From: Pseudobdellovibrionaceae bacterium
GTDB taxonomy: Bacteria; Bdellovibrionota; Bdellovibrionia; Bdellovibrionales; UBA1609
NCBI GenBank assembly: GCA_043757545.1
Contig: JAYVPG010000118.1
Coordinates: 17,286 to 81,285, forward strand
Reading direction: 5' to 3'
Length of the DNA: 64,000 nucleotides
The notes beneath the pieces were generated by a model. That model saw only the letters and a program-made list of their open reading frames with translations, did not search any database and was not told the origin of the DNA. Positions 56,437-64,000 of the stretch are shown here, one piece after another; position 1 is the first letter of the stretch, and every line of letters begins with the position of its first letter. The position numbers and the translations under genes are program-made.

Positions 56437-56998
56437 ATCGAACTTGTACCGACTTAAAAGCACGTCCCATATTCCCCAGACACTTCATCGCTGCCACTAA
56501 AGACTGTTCGTAGGCAAACTGAATATTCTCCATGTCGACTTTATTGAACGTCTGCCATAGCATTTGCACGTCATAGGCTTCACTTTCCGTGCAGACGAGG
56601 TAAACACCCAAAGATTTGGTGAATCCATTTATATCTTGAAGGTAATGGACGATTTCATGCACCAAGGTCACTTCGAAAGCGGGGTCATTCACGTCAACCT
56701 GATCAGAAATATACATGGTTTTATTGTCAACTATGTAAATGGCATTGACCGTCGAGAGCTTCAATCCTTTGGCTTCGGCCTGCGAGTATTCTATCTCGCC
56801 ATAGGCAACGACTTGCAATAGGTCCTGTTTTACTATTTTTATCTTTGGAAGGGGTTCGCCGTTGTATTTGTAGAGGGTCCACTTCACTGCAAATTCGACG
56901 TACTTTTTAAAGTCTACTTCTGGCTTGGCAGAGGCAACCTGAGGGGCGAGAAGGGAAGTTAGTACCGCTACGATTGTTCGCATAGAAAATAATTTCAT
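56426..56998 (-). CDS. Exported zincin-like protein (DUF6647-like)
   Basis: Signal peptide ending ASA; LVHEIVHYLQ...ESEAY.VQ. Confidence 0.7.
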   Translation of the reverse strand: MKLFSMRTIVAVLTSLLAPQVASAKPEVDFKKYVEFAVKWTLYKYNGEPLPKIKIVKQDLLQVVAYGEIEYSQAEAKGLKLSTVNAIYIVDNKTMYISDQVDVNDPAFEVTLVHEIVHYLQDINGFTKSLGVYLVCTESEAYDVQMLWQTFNKVDMENIQFAYEQSLVAAMKCLGNMGRAFKSVQVRSSK

Positions 56999-57043
56999 TG
57001 GAGATCCTTTAGAATCGGTTACAGCTCTGTGTCCAGAGTGAAC

Positions 57044-57059
57044 TGCAGGAGTTGTGCCT
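57044..57059 (-). promoter_or_regulatory. Possible sigma54 promoter
   Basis: Minus strand AGGCAC-AACTC-CTGCA, GG-N10-GC. Confidence 0.45.
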
Positions 57060-57086
57060 TAGATTCGCGAGTCCATCGGAGTATGA

Positions 57087-58805
57087 CTAGCTCAATAGAT
57101 GCTTCGGCATTCCTTTGGGAATCGCCCCGAGTAATTTCTTGGTGTAATCGTGCTGCGGGTTTTCGTAGATTCCTACAGCATCGTTCATCTCGACGACTTT
57201 TCCATTGTACATAACGGCAACTTCGTCCGAGATAAATTTAACCACCGCGAGATCGTGAGAAATGAAGACATACGTTAGATGCATCTCTTCTTGAAGATCG
57301 AGCAAAAGATTTAAAATTTGCGCCTGAATAGAAACGTCGAGTGCAGATACAGATTCATCGCAAATGATAAATTCAGGTTTCACAGCAAGAGCGCGCGCGA
57401 TACAGATGCGCTGACGTTGGCCGCCGGAGAACTCGTGAGGGTAGCGATTGAGCATATTGCGGTCGAGACCGACTTTTTTGATTAGCTCACCGGCCATCTC
57501 AAGACGCTCGCTGCGGTTGCCGCCCAAACCGTGAATGATCATCGGCTCCATGAGAGCGGCGCCAACGGTCATGCGGGGATTCAATGAGGCATAGGGATCT
57601 TGAAAGATAATTTGCATTTTACGGCGCATGGCTCGCATCGCCTCGCGATCGAGCTGCGTAATGTCGGTGCCGTTGTAAATGATGCTTCCGCTGGTCGGCT
57701 CGATCAAACGCAAAATGGTACGCCCAAGAGTGGTTTTCCCGCATCCAGACTCGCCAACAAGGCCGAGGGTGCGACCTTTGCGCACAGTCAAAGTCACGTC
57801 ATCGACCGCTTTGACCCATGTCTTCACGTTGCCGAAAATTCCCTTTTGCAACGGGAAATGTTTTTTCACATTCTTGATTTCTAAAAGTTTAGTTTCATCG
57901 GAAACTTTGCGTGTTTGCTTCTGCTGTTTCAACACAGCAACGTCGATGACTTTTTCTTTGCCGTCCGTGGACATAAAGTCGCTCACGACAGGCAGGCGGC
58001 GAGGATTTTTGTCTAGCGAGGGACGGCAAGCTAGCAAGCCCTTAGTGTAAGGATGCTGGGGCTTGGTGAAAATATCCGAAGTCGTACCTTTTTCAACGAT
58101 GTCTCCGCGATACATGACGACAACTTCGTCTGCGATATCGGCGATTACACCGAGATCATGAGTGATGAACAGCATCGACATTTGGTATTTCTTCTGCAAG
58201 GCCGCCAACAGATCTAGAATCTGCTTTTGAATGGTCACATCCAGAGCAGTTGTCGGCTCATCCGCAATCAAAACATCGGGCTCACAGGCGATCGCCATCG
58301 CGATCATCACACGTTGGCGCTGTCCGCCGCTCATTTCATGGGGATAGCTTTTAATACGCTCTTTGGGATTTGGAATTCCCACTTGCGAAAGTAGGTCCAT
58401 GGACTTTTCAAGAGCTGCCGCTTTGCTCATTTTTTGATGTAGGACCAGTGTTTCACTGATTTGATCGCCGACCGTGAACACCGGGTTCAAGCTGGTCATT
58501 GGCTCTTGAAAGATCATCGAAATCTTATTGCCGCGCACCTGGCGCATTTCAGACTCGGGAAGTGCTAAAAGATCTTTGCCGTTGAGTAGAATCTGTCCCG
58601 AAGTTATTTTGCCCGGAGGATTGGGGATCAGACGCATAATCGCGAGTGAGGTGACGCTCTTGCCAGAGCCCGATTCGCCAACTAAGCCGACGGTTTTTCC
58701 GCGCGGAACGTCGAAGGAGATATTCTTGGTCGCGTAGACGGTGCCCTCATCGGTACGGAATTCGACCGAAAGGTTGCGCACCTGAATGATTGAAGAATCG
58801 GCCAT
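57087..58805 (-). CDS. Peptide ABC transporter, fused double ATPase (OppD-OppF/YejF-like)
   Basis: GESGSGKS and [15 protein letters not shown] x2, ADEPTTALD and CDESVSALD. Confidence 0.93.
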   Translation of the reverse strand: MADSSIIQVRNLSVEFRTDEGTVYATKNISFDVPRGKTVGLVGESGSGKSVTSLAIMRLIPNPPGKITSGQILLNGKDLLALPESEMRQVRGNKISMIFQEPMTSLNPVFTVGDQISETLVLHQKMSKAAALEKSMDLLSQVGIPNPKERIKSYPHEMSGGQRQRVMIAMAIACEPDVLIADEPTTALDVTIQKQILDLLAALQKKYQMSMLFITHDLGVIADIADEVVVMYRGDIVEKGTTSDIFTKPQHPYTKGLLACRPSLDKNPRRLPVVSDFMSTDGKEKVIDVAVLKQQKQTRKVSDETKLLEIKNVKKHFPLQKGIFGNVKTWVKAVDDVTLTVRKGRTLGLVGESGCGKTTLGRTILRLIEPTSGSIIYNGTDITQLDREAMRAMRRKMQIIFQDPYASLNPRMTVGAALMEPMIIHGLGGNRSERLEMAGELIKKVGLDRNMLNRYPHEFSGGQRQRICIARALAVKPEFIICDESVSALDVSIQAQILNLLLDLQEEMHLTYVFISHDLAVVKFISDEVAVMYNGKVVEMNDAVGIYENPQHDYTKKLLGAIPKGMPKHLLS

Positions 58806-58821
58806 GTTCGAGCTCCTCCGT

Positions 58822-59721
58822 CTACCGGTTCTTAAGCTTGGGATCGAGGGCATCCCGCAACGCATCGTTAAAGAGTGTAAAAGCTAGCACTAAGAAAAAC
58901 ATAAAGATAGTGGCCGCCGCTAGGCCCCACCAGACCTCGCGCGAAAGCTCCAGCTTCGCATCGCTGATCATCATTCCCCAGCTAGGTGTTCCGGGCTTCA
59001 CGCCAAGACCTAGGTAGCTCAAGATCACTTCACTCTTTACGGCGCCGACGAAGCCAAGGCTAAAGTTGATGAGCACTAAGTGAAAAGTGTTAGGCAGAAT
59101 GTGCACGAAGATTCGGCGCAAGTGGCCAGCACCCAGCGCTTGAGCTCCCTGCACATATTCGCGATCGCGGTGTTTCATAAACTCACTGCGCATAATCCGG
59201 CAGTGGCCCACCCAACTCGTCACGCCGATGGCGACACACAAAGTACTTAACCCAGGGCCGACGACAAACGAGAAGGCGACGATCAACAGAATGTAGGGAA
59301 TGGTGTCGATCGTGGTGTAAAGCCAAACGGTGAGTTCATCGATCACCCCGCCAGCATAACCTGCAATCGCGCCGAGGACAGTCCCGATCACGACAGATAG
59401 CATCGAGCCGAAAAATCCAACAAGCAGTGAAGTAATCGTTCCGTGAGCGGCGCGCGCCAGGACATCTCGTCCGAAGATGTCGGTCCCAAACCAATGGTCA
59501 GCGCTTGGTGGCTGGTAGGCGCTGATATCGCTCGTCACGTCGAAGTTAGGAAACGCAATCCCGAGATAGCAGAGCAGCGCGAGCAATAGATAAGCGACAA
59601 TCACCACAAAACTAACCATCGCGATGCGGTCTTTTGATAAGCGTGCCAAAGCATCGAACCATAAACTCTTTGAGTGTAGGGGACGTACGGTCGCTTGATT
59701 TTGCGTTGCCGATTGGGCCAT
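58822..59721 (-). CDS. Peptide ABC permease (OppC-like)
   Basis: [35 protein letters not shown]. Confidence 0.9.
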   Translation of the reverse strand: MAQSATQNQATVRPLHSKSLWFDALARLSKDRIAMVSFVVIVAYLLLALLCYLGIAFPNFDVTSDISAYQPPSADHWFGTDIFGRDVLARAAHGTITSLLVGFFGSMLSVVIGTVLGAIAGYAGGVIDELTVWLYTTIDTIPYILLIVAFSFVVGPGLSTLCVAIGVTSWVGHCRIMRSEFMKHRDREYVQGAQALGAGHLRRIFVHILPNTFHLVLINFSLGFVGAVKSEVILSYLGLGVKPGTPSWGMMISDAKLELSREVWWGLAAATIFMFFLVLAFTLFNDALRDALDPKLKNR

Positions 59722-60656
59722 TAACTCAACCTAATCTTTGGATCGACAAGCGCGTAGAGAAGATCGCTTACCAACTGCATAAAAATATAAACGATTGCAC
59801 CCATAATGGTGACAGCCTTAATGACCGGCAGATCTGAATTTTGGATAGAATTGAATATCGTGCCACCGACACCAGGAATGCCAAAGTAAGACTCAACCAA
59901 AAGTGATCCGACAATCAAAAATGGAATCTCAAGTACAATGATAGTGATGATTGGAATCAAGGCATTGCGCAAAACATGTTTAAACAACACGCGGCCTTCA
60001 CTTACGCCCTTAGAGCGCGCCGTTCGTACATAGTCTTGGTACATCTCATCGATAAAAACCGTACGGAAGAATAAAAGATCGGCACCGAAGAATAAGATCA
60101 CAAGAATAATTATTGGAAGTGCCAGAAAATGAAATCTACCGACCAAGTCAGGGTCCCATCCAGAGATCGGAAATATATTGAGCTTATAGCTCAATATATA
60201 CTGACCAGCGAGTACATAGACCACCGAACTAAAGGACAGCATACCAAGGCATGCAACCATCACCGTCTTGTCAAAATACGTATTGCGTTTATAGGCAATA
60301 ATAAGTCCAAGCGGAATGTTGATCAGCAGCGAGAGTAAGAAGGCGGGAACAGTGAGCGAGAGCGAGGGCCCTAGGCCATCCCCGAGCAATGTTCCGATCG
60401 GCTGTTTGGTGGACCATGATCGACCGAAGTCCATCGTCAGTATCTGTTTCACCAAGTCGAAGTACTGTGCGAGCATGGGTTTATCAACGCCCAGCTGTTG
60501 GCGCATCAACTTGATCTGTTCAACTGTCGCATAGCGACCGGCCGCTTGGGCAGCCGGGTCTCCCCCGGCCACATTGAACAGCACAAACATGACGAGCGTC
60601 ACACCAAACAAGATTGGAATCGTGTAGGCGAGCCGCCGAATAAAAAACTTGAACAT
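59721..60656 (-). CDS. Peptide ABC permease (OppB-like)
   Basis: GDPA, DFGRSW, DYVRTARSKG, HVLRNALIP, DPKI. Confidence 0.9.
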   Translation of the reverse strand: MFKFFIRRLAYTIPILFGVTLVMFVLFNVAGGDPAAQAAGRYATVEQIKLMRQQLGVDKPMLAQYFDLVKQILTMDFGRSWSTKQPIGTLLGDGLGPSLSLTVPAFLLSLLINIPLGLIIAYKRNTYFDKTVMVACLGMLSFSSVVYVLAGQYILSYKLNIFPISGWDPDLVGRFHFLALPIIILVILFFGADLLFFRTVFIDEMYQDYVRTARSKGVSEGRVLFKHVLRNALIPIITIIVLEIPFLIVGSLLVESYFGIPGVGGTIFNSIQNSDLPVIKAVTIMGAIVYIFMQLVSDLLYALVDPKIRLS

Positions 60657-62416
60657 TACAACTTGGCCTTTAGCTCTTTCTTTTTCTCAACGTCGATTTT
60701 TACGTATTTGTACATCATCCCTTGGATCGTCTCATGACGTTTCCAGTTGGAAACCCAGCCATGTCGGAGCGAGTAGCCCAAGCGATGTACCGTGGGAATA
60801 AAAGGCATTTCGTCGACGAACATATCGCGCATCTTACGGTAGAGTACGTCACGCTGCGGGCCTGGCGGCATTCTGACTGATTTTTCGTAGAGAGCGTCAA
60901 AGTCTTTGTTTTTAAAATTGAAGCTGTTCGGTCCCGGGGCCTCATTTTTGCTATAGAGAATTCCAAACATATTTTCTGAGTCTGGATAGTCGGCGCCCCA
61001 TGCCATGGCCAAGGTCTGAGCTTTTTTCGTGCGAATTCGTTCCATGAACTGTGGCCATGAGTTCAAAACGAGATTTACTTTCACGCCGATTTTTGCCCAT
61101 TGCTGAGCCGCATACTCGCCAAACTGGCGATCCGTCGACGAGCTCGAGGAGTTGTATTCAATCGGGGGTAAGCCTTTTCCGTCGGGATATCCGGCCTTTT
61201 TCATGAATTCTTTAGCCTTGGAAATGTTAAATTCTTTCCACGGATTTTTGAAATTCGGATCCCAGATGTCCATGTCAGGGCCGACCACCGATTGAGCTTC
61301 GATCGCGCGATTGTTATAAAACTTGTCCATTTCAGTTTTGGTGTCATAGGCCAAAGCGAGCGCGCGGCGCAGGTTCACATTTTTACCTATGATGGGGTCT
61401 TCCATATTAAAGCCGATGAACACGACCTCGGGACGGTTGTGGACTTGTAGAGTCATGCCCTTTGCAACGATTTCGGGCTTAAGCTGCTTATTAACGATTG
61501 CGGAATCGTAGCTGTCTTTAGGGATGATGCCGGCATCCAAATTGCCCTTCATGAGATTTAGCCAACGCGGCTGATCCTCGGTGATCTCCAAAAACACGAG
61601 CTTATCAATAAATGGAATTGGTTTGCCCGCGTCGGCGAGCAGTCCCAGCTCTTTGTCGCCAGGCGCGCCTTCGGTGGGATAAGTTCCGCCGTGGTATGTT
61701 GGATTTCTAACCAAGGTAATTTTGTTTCCGTGAATCCAACTTTCAAATCTAAACGGTCCAGTCCCGACCGGGTGGTTCATGAATTCGGGGCCATATTTAT
61801 CAACAGCTTCTTTTGGGTAAGCCATTGAATAGGTCATCGCTAAGACGTAATTGAGTTGGTAAAAGGGACGCTCAAGTTTGATCACCAGCGTATGCGCATC
61901 GGGAGCCTCGAAACCCTCGATCGGAGTATCATAGGTGACTTTGCCCTCAGCGATTTTCTTTCGCCAGTCGCTAAAGCCCTTCACTTTGCCGTCAAAGATC
62001 CAAAATCCTTCGCTGAGAGTTTTGGGGTCGGCAAGCCGCTTCCAATTGTAAATAAAATCCTGAGCGACGAGCTCGCGACCCTTGCCTCCGGGGAAGGCCT
62101 CTGAGTCGTGAAAGAGCACGCCTTTTTTAATTTTGAAAGTGTAAGTCAAACCGTCTTTGGAAACGGTCGGCATTCCGTCGGCGAGCAATGGCTCGACTTG
62201 CAGCGGACGCTTTAAGTAGGAATATTGCAAGAGTCCTTCATATATAGTTCCGTTGGCAACTTCGGCTGAGGACTCTTCTCCCATCGACACTGGGTCTAAA
62301 GTTTTTAGATTGCCGATCATTCCATAGGTAAAAGTATTATCAATCACCTCGGCCTTTTTTGTGCAGCCAGTGAATGTGAGAGAAAGACCCAGGATTACAA
62401 AGAGATACTTCGTCAT
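60656..62416 (-). CDS. Peptide ABC substrate-binding lipoprotein (family 5)
   Basis: Lipobox FTGC, TLDP, IYEGL, DGLTYTF, PVGTGPF, LRRAL. Confidence 0.9.
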   Translation of the reverse strand: MTKYLFVILGLSLTFTGCTKKAEVIDNTFTYGMIGNLKTLDPVSMGEESSAEVANGTIYEGLLQYSYLKRPLQVEPLLADGMPTVSKDGLTYTFKIKKGVLFHDSEAFPGGKGRELVAQDFIYNWKRLADPKTLSEGFWIFDGKVKGFSDWRKKIAEGKVTYDTPIEGFEAPDAHTLVIKLERPFYQLNYVLAMTYSMAYPKEAVDKYGPEFMNHPVGTGPFRFESWIHGNKITLVRNPTYHGGTYPTEGAPGDKELGLLADAGKPIPFIDKLVFLEITEDQPRWLNLMKGNLDAGIIPKDSYDSAIVNKQLKPEIVAKGMTLQVHNRPEVVFIGFNMEDPIIGKNVNLRRALALAYDTKTEMDKFYNNRAIEAQSVVGPDMDIWDPNFKNPWKEFNISKAKEFMKKAGYPDGKGLPPIEYNSSSSSTDRQFGEYAAQQWAKIGVKVNLVLNSWPQFMERIRTKKAQTLAMAWGADYPDSENMFGILYSKNEAPGPNSFNFKNKDFDALYEKSVRMPPGPQRDVLYRKMRDMFVDEMPFIPTVHRLGYSLRHGWVSNWKRHETIQGMMYKYVKIDVEKKKELKAKL

Positions 62417-62523
62417 GGTTGCCTCCGGTAAAGTCCTTGTTGTGTAGCGTTAGTAGGCGGGCGAAGTCAAACCTTAGCGACGAGTTATGATTCGGTTAGT
62501 TAGTGAACCAACGGCCTTAAAAA

Positions 62524-63183
62524 TTAGGTCATTGAACGAACGAGCGGGAGCAGCTCATCGAAGCTTGCTATCGACTTCCAGGCGCCCAAATCGAGTAGTT
62601 CTTGCACGGGAGCGTAGCCAAATTCGACCGCAACGCAGCGGCTGCCGATGGCGAGCGCGCCTTCGACATCGGGATGGCCGTCGCCGACGATCAGTGTCTC
62701 TTCCGGCATAACTCCGGCGGCTTCGATCGCCCCTAAAAAAGGTTCAGGGTTGGGTTTCATCGTGGGATAGGTGTCTCCACCGATGACTTTGACCCAATTG
62801 AACTCGTCGATTTGAAGATGCTTAAGTATGGGGAGGATAAAGCGCAGTCGCTTGTTCGAGACGATGGCGATTTGCTTATCCCATTCGGTCAAAAACTCGT
62901 AAGCGCCGTCGAAGAGTCGCGGGCTGTGCAGAAGTTCGCGCTCGTAGACCTTTAAAAACTCGCCTTCGATGCGGCGTTTGAAGGCTTCATCTTTATTTGG
63001 TTCTGGGTAAACGTCGTGAATCAGCTTGCGCAGGCCCATGCCGATTTCACCGCGGATACGCTCTGCTGGCAGCGGGTCAAAGCCTTTGGACTCCAAATAA
63101 AAATTGGTGCTGCGAATCAGGTCGGGGGCGGTGTCGACCAGAGTGCCGTCAAAATCAAAAATAACCAGTTGTATGCGCGCCAT
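62524..63183 (-). CDS. HAD-family phosphatase (phosphoglycolate-phosphatase-like)
   Basis: FDFDGTLVDT, VSNK, KPNPEP, VGDGHPD. Confidence 0.88.
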   Translation of the reverse strand: MARIQLVIFDFDGTLVDTAPDLIRSTNFYLESKGFDPLPAERIRGEIGMGLRKLIHDVYPEPNKDEAFKRRIEGEFLKVYERELLHSPRLFDGAYEFLTEWDKQIAIVSNKRLRFILPILKHLQIDEFNWVKVIGGDTYPTMKPNPEPFLGAIEAAGVMPEETLIVGDGHPDVEGALAIGSRCVAVEFGYAPVQELLDLGAWKSIASFDELLPLVRSMT

Positions 63184-63223
63184 TAGTTTAGACAGGCTAG
63201 CATGATCCTGTTAGTTTCGCGCC

Positions 63224-63877
63224 ATGAGAGTCACCTCGCCCCAACAAAAATATTTGAATGACGTATTTGGCCTGAATGATCCCGAACTCTTGCGCGTACG
63301 CGAGCAAATGGACAAGAGTGAGGTCGAATTTAAGTCGGTCTCTGGAGCCGAGGCCCGCATTTTACAGTTTTTAATTCGCGGCTTTGGGGTGAAAAAAATT
63401 GTCGAGTTCGGCACCCTTTTTGGCTATTCGGCTTTGGCGATGGCCAAGGCTTTGCCCGCGGATGGAGTGATCGTGACTTTGGACAATGACCCTTCGGTGC
63501 ATGCGCGTGCGCAAGAGATTTTGGCCAGCGCGCCCGCAGGTAAAAAAGTTGTTTCTTTGTTAGGGGATGCTACTCAGCTGATGGTTTCCATTGAGTCGCG
63601 CGGTCCGTTTGATATGGCATTTATCGACGCCAATAAGGGCGGCTATGTGGACTATTTAAATTGGGCTGAAAAAAATGTGCGTCCTGGGGGATTAATTATC
63701 GGGGACAATACGTTTTTATGGGGCGCTTTGTGGGGCAAAAGTGAGGACCGCAGCATTGGCGAGAATCAGATTCGCGTAATGAAAGAGTTTAACTCCCGCT
63801 TGGCGGATCCTGCGAAATACAATTCGATTTTGGTTCCAACGGCCGAGGGGTTGACCGTCGCGCAAAAGCTCGGATGA
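63224..63877 (+). CDS. Caffeoyl-CoA-type O-methyltransferase (Methyltransf_3)
   Basis: [38 protein letters not shown]. Confidence 0.88.
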   Translation: MRVTSPQQKYLNDVFGLNDPELLRVREQMDKSEVEFKSVSGAEARILQFLIRGFGVKKIVEFGTLFGYSALAMAKALPADGVIVTLDNDPSVHARAQEILASAPAGKKVVSLLGDATQLMVSIESRGPFDMAFIDANKGGYVDYLNWAEKNVRPGGLIIGDNTFLWGALWGKSEDRSIGENQIRVMKEFNSRLADPAKYNSILVPTAEGLTVAQKLG

Positions 63878-64000
63878 GCACGCGCCGCCTAACGCCTGAA
63901 ATTCTGGGCAGATCCTACGACGCGGTTATAGTTGGCTCGGGCCTTGGTGGGCTGACCACCGCCGCATTTTTATCTCGCTATGGCAAAAAAGTAATTATTC
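63874..64000 (+). CDS. FAD-dependent oxidoreductase (phytoene-desaturase-like), 3'-truncated
   Basis: [42 protein letters not shown] Rossmann motif. Confidence 0.75.
   Translation, partial: MSTRRLTPEILGRSYDAVIVGSGLGGLTTAAFLSRYGKKVII

Noticed and set aside
1-64000. CRISPR arrays, rRNA/tRNA genes, transposases, integrases, prophage genes
   Set aside because: No repeat-spacer periodicity, RNA-gene signatures or mobile-element motifs recognised by eye; a dedicated scan could still find small elements

Overview
Bacterial chromosomal window of about 50% GC. Gene content and protein style suggest a predatory Bdellovibrionota (Bdellovibrionaceae-like) genome; this is an inference. The core backbone holds the ribD 3' end, a PP2C/anti-sigma-kinase/STAS/CheA-like/CheY-like signalling operon, trmJ, long-form phhA, hldD, a SelO-like AMPylase next to an ATP-grasp ligase and ahpC, xth, dksA, polyamine genes (speB, deoxyhypusine-synthase-like, speA), two peptide ABC transporters, leuS, ptrB, a Hypr-type (cGAMP-signature) GGDEF, ggt, trmB, ferredoxin and trxB. 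Two accessory blocks interrupt it. Block 1 (~31.5-44.3 kb) carries a BrnT/BrnA toxin-antitoxin pair and four signal-peptide proteins that share a short C-(E/A)-x-(L/V/A)-L motif. One of them is the best candidate for a new system: a signal-peptide-bearing protease with three Clp-type AAA+ modules fused to an FtsH-type M41 zinc domain, co-transcribed from a sigma54-type promoter with a 1120-aa exported partner. Block 1 also has a small ORF bracketed by inverted structured repeats. Block 2 (~50.6-57.1 kb) encodes a cupredoxin, a cytochrome c lipoprotein, YceI and a CxxCH beta-barrel, opposite a divergent TPR-wHTH regulator. I recognised no rRNA, tRNA, CRISPR array or transposase. All family assignments come from motif reading only, with no database searches.
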